Source of the DNA: Chloroflexota bacterium
GTDB taxonomy: Bacteria; Chloroflexota; Anaerolineae; UBA4142
Assembly (NCBI GenBank): GCA_016219275.1
Contig: JACRBM010000076.1
Span: forward strand, 18,255 to 50,254
DNA: 32,000 nucleotides
Direction: 5' to 3'
The position numbers and the translations under genes are program-made. The notes beneath the pieces were generated by a model. It ran no database searches and was not told where the DNA came from. It worked only from the letters and a program-made list of their open reading frames with translations. Within the stretch, counting starts at the first letter, position 1; every line of letters begins with the position of its first letter. Positions 10,260 through 17,947 of this stretch are shown here, one piece after another.

Positions 10260-11363
10260 ATGTCAGAGTCAAACCGAGTACGCGTTCAAAAACAGGCGTT
10301 GAACGATTTTTGTGTGGAGGTGTTTCAGAAGGTCGGCGTCGCAGATCAAGACGCGCGCCTCACCGCCGATATTCTGGTCGCGGCGGATGCGCGTGGGATT
10401 GCGAGTCACGGCGTCGCGCACTTGCGACGTTACGTGGATGGTCTGCGCGCGGGGACCATCGCGGCGCGTCCAGCGGAACGCGTTGTGACCGAAACGCCGG
10501 TCACCGCGGTGATTGACGCGCGTGCAGGGCTGGGTCAACCCGTTTCGTATCGCGCGATGCAAAAAGCGATTCAGAAAGCGCGTGAGGTTGGCGTCGGTTT
10601 CGTCAGCGTCCGCAATTCGAACCATCATGGCATTGTCGGATATTACGCGATGATGGCGTTGCCTCACGATTGCATCGGACTAGCGATGACGAATGCTTCG
10701 CCCAAGGTGATGCCGACATTCGGACGCAAGCCCACGCTGGGCACGAATCCGATCGCCATTGCCGCGCCGGCTGGCGCAGAGCGACCATTCGTTTTGGATA
10801 TGGCGACGAGCGCAGTCGCGCTCGGCAAAATCGAAATCGCCGAGCAATTGGACAAACCCGTCCCCGAAGGTTGGGCGATGTACAGAGATGGCACGCCCGC
10901 GACGGATTCGCATCGCGCGATGGATGAGTTCAAACGCAACCTGGGTGCCGGTCTTTTATCGTTGGGTGGCGCGGGCGAATTGCTCGGCGGGCACAAGGGA
11001 TTCGGGTTGGCGATCAGCGTCGAAATTTTCACCGCGCTGCTGTCTAGCGCCGCGCCATCGCCGTTGACCTATCCGAAAACGCCGGACGGCAAACCACTGC
11101 CGGCGAACGTCGGTCACTTTTTCGGCGCGTGGCGCATTGATTGTTTTCGCCCTGTGGACGAATTCAAAATAGCGATGGACGATTATCAACAGTTGCTCAA
11201 GAATGTTCCGAAAGTTCCCGGGCAGGATCGCATCTACATTCATGGCGAAAAAGAATTCGAAGCGGAAGAACGCAACCGGCGCGACGGTATACCGATCAAC
11301 AACAAAGTCGCCGCGGATCTTCGCGCGCTCGCCCAAGAATTGCAAGTCAAATTCGATTCTTAA
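10260..11363 (+). CDS. Ldh_2 family (malate/L-lactate/sulfolactate-type) NAD(P)H-dependent oxidoreductase
   Basis: Family-typical blocks ARGIASHGV, VRNSNHHGIVGYYA, TNPIAIAAP and LGGHKGFGLA. RBS AGGAG lies 6 nt upstream. Confidence 0.8.
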   Translation: MSESNRVRVQKQALNDFCVEVFQKVGVADQDARLTADILVAADARGIASHGVAHLRRYVDGLRAGTIAARPAERVVTETPVTAVIDARAGLGQPVSYRAMQKAIQKAREVGVGFVSVRNSNHHGIVGYYAMMALPHDCIGLAMTNASPKVMPTFGRKPTLGTNPIAIAAPAGAERPFVLDMATSAVALGKIEIAEQLDKPVPEGWAMYRDGTPATDSHRAMDEFKRNLGAGLLSLGGAGELLGGHKGFGLAISVEIFTALLSSAAPSPLTYPKTPDGKPLPANVGHFFGAWRIDCFRPVDEFKIAMDDYQQLLKNVPKVPGQDRIYIHGEKEFEAEERNRRDGIPINNKVAADLRALAQELQVKFDS

Positions 11364-11388
11364 ACATATCCTACAGCGAGGTATAGTT

Positions 11389-12387
11389 GTGAAAATTCTT
11401 GTAGTCGAACATATTCATCAAGCCGGCGAAGATTTGCTAGCGCAAAAGGCGCGGCTCGTTTTTCCGTCGCCCCAAAACGTTGCCGGCATTCTCTCCGCCA
11501 TCGGCGATTGCCATGCGCTCGTCGTGCGCAACACCAAGATCACGCGGCAGATCATGCAAGCCGCGCCGCACCTCGTCGCGATTGGGCGGCACGGTGTCGG
11601 GTACGATACGATTGACATCGCGGCGGCGACCGACCTAAAAATTCCGATCGTGTACACCCCAGCCGCGAACACCGAGAGTGTGGCGGAAATCGCGATGGGG
11701 TTTATGCTTGCCCTGGGTCGCAAGATCATTACGGCAAACAATGCGATGCGATCAGGCGAATTACTCAGTGACACCGTGACCTTGTCGGTGATGGCGCAAC
11801 GCCGGGGCTTGGTCAATTTCGATGTGTGGGGCAAAACGCTCGGCGTGATCGGAGTCGGTCGCATCGGTTCGTCGGTCGCCAAGAAAATGATCGCGGCGTT
11901 CAATTTCCGCGTTCTGGGGTACGATCCGTACGTGGATGCCAAAACGCTCGCCGGGTATGGCGTTGAAAAAGTAGATCGGTTAGAAGAGATGTTGCCGCAA
12001 TGCGATTTTGTGACGGCGCACTGTCCCGGCGGCGCGGAGACGCGGCACATGATCAACGCGCGCACGTTGGCGTTGATGAAGCCGAGCGCGTATTTGATCA
12101 ACACAGCGCGCGGCGCCGTCGTGGACGAAGCGGCGTTGGTCGAGGCGTTGCAGAAAAAACAAATCGCCGGCGCGGCGATAGATGTGTACGATCCGGAACC
12201 GCCGCGCCCAGACAATCCACTGCTGCGCTTGGACAATGTCATCGTGACGCCGCACTATTGCGCCATGACCGCGGAAAGTCTGTACAACATGGGCACGATG
12301 GTCGCGCTAGGAGTCTTGGATGTCCTGGATGGCAAACGACCACAGTACCTGGTCAACCCGGAAATCTGGGACGCGCGGCGGAGATAG
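11389..12387 (+). CDS. D-isomer-specific 2-hydroxyacid dehydrogenase (PGDH/GyaR-like)
   Basis: NAD-binding GVIGVGRIGSSVA, a catalytic region NTARGAVVDEAAL and TPH. The start was set at the GTG at 11389 (VKILVVEH, GAGG upstream). The ORF-track extension to 11203 overlaps the preceding gene. Confidence 0.9.
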   Translation: MKILVVEHIHQAGEDLLAQKARLVFPSPQNVAGILSAIGDCHALVVRNTKITRQIMQAAPHLVAIGRHGVGYDTIDIAAATDLKIPIVYTPAANTESVAEIAMGFMLALGRKIITANNAMRSGELLSDTVTLSVMAQRRGLVNFDVWGKTLGVIGVGRIGSSVAKKMIAAFNFRVLGYDPYVDAKTLAGYGVEKVDRLEEMLPQCDFVTAHCPGGAETRHMINARTLALMKPSAYLINTARGAVVDEAALVEALQKKQIAGAAIDVYDPEPPRPDNPLLRLDNVIVTPHYCAMTAESLYNMGTMVALGVLDVLDGKRPQYLVNPEIWDARRR

Positions 12388-12456
12388 ACGCGAAAATAAA
12401 ACCGGCGTGTCATGGCGAACAAATGCCGCGTGCGGTGTGTGTGGAGAGAAACTTTT

Positions 12457-12534
12457 CCTCACCTCAATCCTCTCCCCAAAGGGGGAGAGGAAGCAAATCC
12501 CCTCTCCCTCCCAGGGAGAGGGTTAGGGTGAGGG
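12457..12534. repeat. GC-rich nested-hairpin element (CCTCTCCCC-aaag-GGGGAGAGG; CCCTCTCCC-tccca-GGGAGAGGG; outer CCTCACC/GGTGAGG)
   Basis: Two adjacent 9-bp hairpins are enclosed by a 7-bp outer pair, downstream of the stop at 12387. The element would translate into the spurious GERG/VRV-type peptides seen in the ORF track. Confidence 0.75.
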
Positions 12535-12585
12535 TCTGAGACGGCGTACTGCAAATCATTGCGCCAAAATAACGAGGAGTAGAAA

Positions 12586-13257
12586 GTGGGAATGTCCATC
12601 GAAGAAATGATTCGTCAGTTTCGTGAAATGCCCACCGGCTTTGTGACTGATGCGTTCACGCGGCTCGGTCTTGCCGGCTGGTCGGAAGGCGTGACCCCGC
12701 TCTCGCGCACGACGCGCAAAATTGCCGGGCGCGCGGTGACGGTCCAGTATCAACCCAAGCGCGGCAGCGGCGCGAAAAAGCCGTCGCATTACGAAGTGAT
12801 GCTAAACATGGCTCAACCAGGCGATGTGTTGGTGATTGCCGCCGCGAACACGCCGTGTTGGTTGCTCGGCGAAAATCAAGCGCACTATGCCATGTATCGC
12901 GGTCTGTCTGGGATCGTGGTGGATGGATGCGTCCGCGACGCGGATGAAATCGCAGAGATGGCGATGCCGGTTTTTGCGCGCGGCACTGGCACGCGACCGT
13001 TCTCCACGCACCTAGAGTTGGCGGATGTCAACGTCCCGGTCGAGTTCGCCGGTACGCAGATTCATCCCGGCGACATTGTGCTCGGCGACGGCGATGGGTT
13101 GGTCGTCGTGCCGAGCAATCGCGCCGAGGAGGTTTTGTTCCAGGCGTTGGATATCGCGGTGATCGAACAAGACATGGAAGAATCTATCGCGCACCGGGTT
13201 TCGCTCGCTGAGATCGAGACGTTGCTGACGAAGAAGAAAAATCGGAAAGAGCGATAG
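12586..13257 (+). CDS. RraA family protein (HMG/CHA aldolase / oxaloacetate decarboxylase-like)
   Basis: Blocks AVTVQ, PGDVLVIAA and GENQAHYAMYRGLSGIVVDGCVRD are typical of RraA-like aldolases. GTG at 12586 lies 6 nt after GAGGAG; an alternative ATG is at 12592. Confidence 0.8.
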   Translation: MGMSIEEMIRQFREMPTGFVTDAFTRLGLAGWSEGVTPLSRTTRKIAGRAVTVQYQPKRGSGAKKPSHYEVMLNMAQPGDVLVIAAANTPCWLLGENQAHYAMYRGLSGIVVDGCVRDADEIAEMAMPVFARGTGTRPFSTHLELADVNVPVEFAGTQIHPGDIVLGDGDGLVVVPSNRAEEVLFQALDIAVIEQDMEESIAHRVSLAEIETLLTKKKNRKER

Positions 13258-13258
13258 T

Positions 13259-14011
13259 TCAATAACTCGCCCAACTCGGTCTACTCGCGCACTCGTCGCG
13301 GGTGATTTTGCCATCGAGAATCTCGATCACACGCGGCACACGCCGCGCCAGTTCTTTGTCGTGCGTCACGAGCAACATTGTCTTGCCCTGCTTGACGACG
13401 TTCGCAAACAAGTCGAAGATGTCCTGCGCATTGCGCGAATCGAGATTGCCGGTCGGCTCGTCCGCGACGAGGATGGGTGGATCGTTGGCAAGCGCGCGCG
13501 CGATGGCGGCGCGTTGTTGTTGACCACCCGATACCATGCTGGGAAGTTTGTGGGCTTGATCGCCTAGTCCGACAATTTCGAGCAAGCGCATCGCGCGCAT
13601 GTGCCGCTCCTTCGGCGAGAATTTGCCGGCAAGGTCCATCGGCAGCATGATGTTTTGGAGCAGACTCAACGCGGGTAGCATCTGGAAAAACTGAAAGATG
13701 ATGCCGACCGCGCCCCCGCGCCACGCCGCGAGTTTGTCTTCGCTCATCTTGTGGACTGGCTGACCGGTCACAATGATCTCACCGCGCGTCGGACGATCAA
13801 TCCCGGTAACCATGTTCAACAAAGTGGACTTGCCGTTGCCCGAGGGTCCGACAATCGAAACGAACTCGCCGGGCTTGACCGCGAACGACACCCCTTTGAG
13901 AATCGTCGCCTCGCCATTCCCGACCGGAAAACTTTTCACCACATCCTTGATCTCGATGATCGGTTCTTTGCCGTTTGGTTGCGGCATGTTTCGTTGTTGC
14001 ACGTCATTCAT
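13259..14011 (-). CDS. ABC transporter ATP-binding protein (MacB/LolD-type), orphan paralog of 2677..3414
   Basis: Walker A GPSGNGKST, signature VSGGQQQR and Walker [12 protein letters not shown]. No permease gene is adjacent. The start at 14011 (MNDVQQ) is uncertain because the RBS is weak. Confidence 0.88.
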   Translation of the reverse strand: MNDVQQRNMPQPNGKEPIIEIKDVVKSFPVGNGEATILKGVSFAVKPGEFVSIVGPSGNGKSTLLNMVTGIDRPTRGEIIVTGQPVHKMSEDKLAAWRGGAVGIIFQFFQMLPALSLLQNIMLPMDLAGKFSPKERHMRAMRLLEIVGLGDQAHKLPSMVSGGQQQRAAIARALANDPPILVADEPTGNLDSRNAQDIFDLFANVVKQGKTMLLVTHDKELARRVPRVIEILDGKITRDECASRPSWASY

Positions 14012-14300
14012 TTGGATCACTTTCCGAACATTGCGCAAGTTGATTCGCCAAACGCCCGTTAAAAGCCAGTTCAACCAGCGCAAGGTTCTCTAGAGATTGT
14101 CATGGTTTTTAAAGAAAACCAGCTTCGTTGAGGATGATAAGACGAAATGCGCCGCGAAACAAGGAAATTGTCTGACAATTGACCGACAAAGAGTCCGTCG
14201 GTTTTGAGTGCGGCGAGTGCTCCGTCTGATATACGCACCGGCGACGGCATTAGTTACAATCTGTCAAACAGAAAACGGGGGGCTGCCCTAGAAAAGAAAC

Positions 14301-14327
14301 AACCGGTTGAGAATAAACTCAACCGGT
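14301..14327 (-). terminator. Intrinsic terminator of the ECF sigma gene
   Basis: On the minus strand, ACCGGTTGAG-tttatt-CTCAACCGGT is followed by TGTTTCTTTTC. It lies about 66 nt after the stop at 14393. Confidence 0.6.
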
Positions 14328-14392
14328 CGAAGTGCTGCAGAACTTTACAGAGAGCGTTCGAACTTGTTCGGTCGCGTACCGCCCAAAATTTT

Positions 14393-14941
14393 CTAGAGCC
14401 AGTCTTCGGGCTTGCAATGGTCCTTGAGCGCCCGCAAGAGTTTCTCCCTCCCGCGATGCAACCGGATTTTTACTACGTCCAGACTCAAACCCAGGATATC
14501 GGCAATCTCGTTCGCCGCCAACTCTTCCAGATCACTGAGCGCGACGACTGTTCGATAATTCGGCGGGAGGTTGGCGACAAAATCCCGGTAACACTTGTCG
14601 CGTTCCTTGCGACAGAGTTGTTGATCCAGCGAGATTGCCTCAGCCGCAATTTTCTCATCCGCGCGCGCCAGCCCGTCCGAATCGAAACTCGCTGAAAATA
14701 CATTTCGCTTGAAAGATGCATCGCGCAAACGATCCAGTGCGGTGTTGGTCGCAATGCGATAGACCCAGGTTGACAGCTTGGACTCGCCGCGAAAAGTTTT
14801 CAAGGCGCGACTGATCTTGACAAAGACCTCTTGCGTCAGGTCTTCTGCTTCAGACGCGCCAACGAGGCGTGTTAGGTAGCGTTCGATTTTAGGGCGAAAG
14901 TCCGTGTGGATTTTTTCAAAATCCATTACGATTTCACTCAT
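14393..14941 (-). CDS. RNA polymerase sigma factor, ECF (sigma-70 group 4) family
   Basis: Region 2 is EDLTQEVFVKISRALKTFRGESKLSTWVYRIATNTALDRLR. Region 4 is YRTVVALSDLEELAANEIADILGLSLDVVKIRLHRGREKL. Confidence 0.9.
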   Translation of the reverse strand: MSEIVMDFEKIHTDFRPKIERYLTRLVGASEAEDLTQEVFVKISRALKTFRGESKLSTWVYRIATNTALDRLRDASFKRNVFSASFDSDGLARADEKIAAEAISLDQQLCRKERDKCYRDFVANLPPNYRTVVALSDLEELAANEIADILGLSLDVVKIRLHRGREKLLRALKDHCKPEDWL

Positions 14942-14987
14942 CGCTCGATCCCGTTCTGATAAACTTTACAACTCGCGCGCGAACGCG

Positions 14988-15332
14988 TTACGCAGTTTTT
15001 GGGCGTGTCAGTAGAGATGCAATCACGACCACACCGATCACAATCAGCATCGTCGCGAACGATGCTTCGAAGCGTAATGCCAGTGCCTGGTCGAACACCC
15101 CCCACACGAGTGCGATGACGCCAATCGCAGTCGTCGAACCATTAGTGGGAATACTTTTCAGCCATCGCGCGGCATTCACGCCGAGCAAAATCAAGCCCGT
15201 ACCGATTCCGCCGATGCCGATGGTCAAAGGGTCAATCGCGATCACGATTCCCCACCAGATCAGCAGCGCGCCATCCCCAATCGTCGCGAAAGTGCGATTC
15301 AGTGTTTGTGGATTGTTCATTGTTTTCCGCAT
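14988..15332 (-). CDS. Small integral membrane protein (114 aa, about 4 TM), hypothetical
   Basis: Strong RBS GGGGAGG before the ATG at 15332. The protein is hydrophobic and Gly/Ile-rich, contains no Cys and has no recognisable family motif. Confidence 0.6.
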   Translation of the reverse strand: MRKTMNNPQTLNRTFATIGDGALLIWWGIVIAIDPLTIGIGGIGTGLILLGVNAARWLKSIPTNGSTTAIGVIALVWGVFDQALALRFEASFATMLIVIGVVVIASLLTRPKTA

Positions 15333-15413
15333 GGTGTACCTCCCCTCTACTTCTACAGACGAGAAGCCAGCTGAAAAAGATACACCTTGATGCGCGATGC
15401 GAACGAGTCCGCG

Positions 15414-15692
15414 TCATCCACAGACCGGCTCGCGCTTGCCGGTCACCGCAGCGTACATCATCGCCGCCGCGCAACCCACGCCGCTATCTACCGTGATCGC
15501 GTTCGTCGGACAATTGAGCTGGCACGCGCCGCACTCCATACAATTTTCCGCGTGCGCGACCGTGATCGTGCGACCATTGCGATTGAACACCGCGTGCGGA
15601 CAAACCGTGTAACACATTCCACACCCGTTGCATTCAGTCGGATTGAATTGGAGCGTGGTGGTTTGATAGGCGTTGAACACGTTATCCTCCAA
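15414..15692 (-). CDS. hgcB: HgcB, 2[4Fe-4S] ferredoxin partner of HgcA
   Basis: Two ferredoxin motifs are present, CNGCGMCYTVCP and CMECGACQLNCP (the HgcB-typical C(M/I)ECGAC). The conserved GVGCAA Cys and one C-terminal Cys (PVCG) are also present. The start is TTG at 15692 or, more likely, GTG at 15680 after GGAGGAtaac. The gene overlaps or abuts the hgcA stop. Confidence 0.8.
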   Translation of the reverse strand: MEDNVFNAYQTTTLQFNPTECNGCGMCYTVCPHAVFNRNGRTITVAHAENCMECGACQLNCPTNAITVDSGVGCAAAMMYAAVTGKREPVCG

Positions 15693-16680
15693 TCATCCGA
15701 ATGATCGGCAACCCGATCATCAGCGCGATGCCGATGGCGAACATCCACGCCATCACCGGGACATACGTAAAGATTTCGCGTTGGACGCCACTCCGTGAGG
15801 TGAACGTCGTCGAGCCGGTGAAATTCAATGCCAGGAATGCAGTGATGGGTGGAAAAATCAACAGCGGAACAATCGCTTTGCCGGCGCGCAACCACCCCAC
15901 CGCGTCCGCGTTGCCTTGCCACGACGACACGACGAGCGGAAGCGCGACCAACGCGCCGAGCAAAAATCCCTTGGCGCTGAAATCGTGCGTTGGCAGCCAG
16001 GGCAGCAGAATTGGGAACACGACGACGCCGGCGAGAATCGCGGCGACGACCGCGAGCGACGAGACCCAGCCACCGAACAAATAAGCCACTGCCGCGCCAA
16101 TCAACAGCGGAATCAATCCGCCGACGATCTCGACTGGAATGACTGCTAACCGATCACGCAAAGTGAATCGGACGCGGCGCATCTCCGGCGTGGCTTCGCG
16201 GCGCGTGAGATATTCGGACAGATCCGCCGCGCGGACGGGACCGTACTCGACCTTGAAGCTGGTGCGTTTTTTGATTTCGTGCGCGGCAATGCCCGGCGCG
16301 CCGAGTTGCGGCGCGATCACGACGCGATGACTGACCCGGTCGCGCAGCCCGGTCGCTTCGATGCGCTGTGCTAGTTCGTCCGTGCCAAATGTGCCTTTGC
16401 CGGCGGCGCACCAAACATTGATGGCTTGTGTGTCGAGCACCAAGATGTACGCATTCATCCCGCCAAGCGCCGACCGGAGCGCGTCGAAACTGAGCGTGTA
16501 ATTCGCCGTGACAAACACCGGCGAATCCTGGGTCGGATTTCCGAGGGCGTACAATCCTGGCTCGACGCGATGCCCCATCCGATTGATTGCCCAGCGCGCC
16601 AGGATGTGATCCCAGCGATTCGCCCACGTGAGGACACTTGTCGTCGGTCGAACGATCCGATCATTTGTCTCTGACATCAT
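15682..16680 (-). CDS. hgcA: HgcA, corrinoid protein of the mercury-methylation pair
   Basis: The diagnostic cap-helix motif INVWCAAGKGTFGT is present, with the Cys91 codon at 16408-16410. An N-terminal CFeSP-like corrinoid domain is followed by a C-terminal multi-TM domain, and hgcB lies immediately downstream. Confidence 0.9.
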   Translation of the reverse strand: MMSETNDRIVRPTTSVLTWANRWDHILARWAINRMGHRVEPGLYALGNPTQDSPVFVTANYTLSFDALRSALGGMNAYILVLDTQAINVWCAAGKGTFGTDELAQRIEATGLRDRVSHRVVIAPQLGAPGIAAHEIKKRTSFKVEYGPVRAADLSEYLTRREATPEMRRVRFTLRDRLAVIPVEIVGGLIPLLIGAAVAYLFGGWVSSLAVVAAILAGVVVFPILLPWLPTHDFSAKGFLLGALVALPLVVSSWQGNADAVGWLRAGKAIVPLLIFPPITAFLALNFTGSTTFTSRSGVQREIFTYVPVMAWMFAIGIALMIGLPIIRMIGG

Positions 16681-16695
16681 TCTTCCCTCACACGA

Positions 16696-17445
16696 TCACG
16701 GTTTGCGCGCGGTAATGATCGCCGAGAATGGCGCGTGCACGGGCAGCGACGACAAACCGGCATCAAACTTGCCCTTCGGCTCGACCCTGACATCCACAAA
16801 CCCAGCTGCTTGCAATCCGCCGATGTAATCTTGCATATCGAGCGCGCCCGCTACGCACGCGCCCCACGCTTCCAGACTTTTCTGCACCGCGATAGGCAGT
16901 TCGCCATTCGTTACAATATCCGAAACGGAAACTCTGCCGCCCGAACGCAACGCGCGATAAATATCGCGGAACACTTGTGGCTTGTCCGGCGAGAGATTGA
17001 TCACACAATTGGAAATGATCACGTCCGCTTCGCCGTCCGCTACGGGCAAATGTTCGATGTACCCTTCGCGAAACTCGACGTTCGTGACCCCCAGACGCGC
17101 CGCGTTCACGCGCGCTTTGGCGAGCATCTCCGGCGTCATGTCCACACCGATTACGCGACCGGTCGGTCCGACTCTCTGCGCCGCGAGAAAGCAATCGAGT
17201 CCGCCGCCTGATCCCAGGTCTACGACTGTTTCGCCAGGTTTCAAACTGGCAATCGTGATCGGATCGCCGCACCCGAGTGAAAAGTTGGCGATGTCTTCGG
17301 GCACCGCGTTCGCAAGTTGATCGGGATAGTTCGAGTTGCAGTCACACGCGCTCGGACCGCAACAACTGGACGCTTGGCGCGCGATATCCGCATAATGATC
17401 CCGCACCGAACTCCGAATTTCATCTGGCGCAATTACGTTCGACAT
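16696..17445 (-). CDS. arsM: Arsenite S-adenosylmethionine methyltransferase ArsM
   Basis: SAM motif VVDLGSGGGLDCF, an N-terminal Cys cluster SSCCGPSACDC, the conserved SNCVINL Cys and GACVAGA Cys. The start was trimmed to 17445, which is preceded by GGAGGAttgac. Confidence 0.9.
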   Translation of the reverse strand: MSNVIAPDEIRSSVRDHYADIARQASSCCGPSACDCNSNYPDQLANAVPEDIANFSLGCGDPITIASLKPGETVVDLGSGGGLDCFLAAQRVGPTGRVIGVDMTPEMLAKARVNAARLGVTNVEFREGYIEHLPVADGEADVIISNCVINLSPDKPQVFRDIYRALRSGGRVSVSDIVTNGELPIAVQKSLEAWGACVAGALDMQDYIGGLQAAGFVDVRVEPKGKFDAGLSSLPVHAPFSAIITARKP

Positions 17446-17553
17446 GTCAATCCTCCATGGTTTGATTTTATTTTTCGCCGCCGGCAACGCGAATGCTGAC
17501 ATCGGCGTGTCCACTTTTGTAGTACGAATCGGAATCCCTGGGTATGCTCACCC

Positions 17554-17574
17554 AGACATATTGACACTTGTCTA
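17554..17574. promoter_or_regulatory. Candidate ArsR operator 2 (AGACA-N10-TGTCTA) in the arsR-arsM spacer
   Basis: The half-sites and 12-nt AGAC..GTCT spacing match the site at 17926-17947. Confidence 0.45.
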
Positions 17575-17603
17575 TGAATCAGAGCAAAAAAAGAGACACG
17601 CCG

Positions 17604-17924
17604 CTAGCTCTTTTCATCGTTGATCTTGAGCAAGCGGAGAGTCGTCTTTTGTTCCGGGGCAAACGCCGTCATGAGGAGTCCGCAGCAATCCACGACCTTC
17701 TCCTGATTCAATGTGTAAAAGGTCTGCCGCCCTTCTTCGCGCACGCTGACCAGCCCCGCTTCGCGCAAAATCGCGAGGTGATGCGACACGGTCGGCTGGG
17801 CGACGTTCATCTTGGCGACGATGTCGTTCACGCTGATCCATTGGCAACAGCACAGCCGCATAATCTTTTGGCGCGTTTCGTCGGCAAGCGCCTTGGCAAA
17901 ATCCACAGGAGTGATCTTTGACAT
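17604..17924 (-). CDS. arsR: ArsR/SmtB family metalloregulator (second copy)
   Basis: wHTH ISVNDIVAKMNVAQPTVSHHLAILREAGLV. A Cys triplet RLCCCQW occupies the position of the ELCVCDL site, and there is an extra C-terminal vicinal pair VDCCG. Confidence 0.85.
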   Translation of the reverse strand: MSKITPVDFAKALADETRQKIMRLCCCQWISVNDIVAKMNVAQPTVSHHLAILREAGLVSVREEGRQTFYTLNQEKVVDCCGLLMTAFAPEQKTTLRLLKINDEKS

Positions 17925-17925
17925 A

Positions 17926-17947
17926 TAGACAACCTTCTATGCGTCTA
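17926..17947. promoter_or_regulatory. Candidate ArsR operator 1 (TAGACA-N10-CGTCTA) between the -10 box and the arsR start
   Basis: Inverted AGAC/GTCT half-sites 12 nt apart. A third TGTCTA box at 17961-17966 lies inside the promoter spacer. Confidence 0.5.

Noticed and set aside
11203-11388. 62-codon upstream extension of the 2-hydroxyacid dehydrogenase ORF
   Set aside because: It overlaps the 3' end of the Ldh_2 gene in another frame. GTG at 11389 with GAGG upstream gives the canonical MKILV-type start.
11418-12242. 274-aa minus-strand ORF
   Set aside because: It is antisense to the D-2-hydroxyacid dehydrogenase gene and has no motif support.
14060-14090. An ECF-type promoter (TGAAC ... 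CGTT) upstream of the orphan ABC ATPase
   Set aside because: The spacing between the AAC and CGT elements is about 14 nt rather than the usual 16-17. The site also lies inside the longer ORF version, so it is too weak to call.
14084-14392. A hidden anti-sigma or small gene in the 300-nt gap after the ECF sigma gene
   Set aside because: No minus-strand ORF with an RBS and plausible length was found. The region contains a terminator and short palindromes instead.
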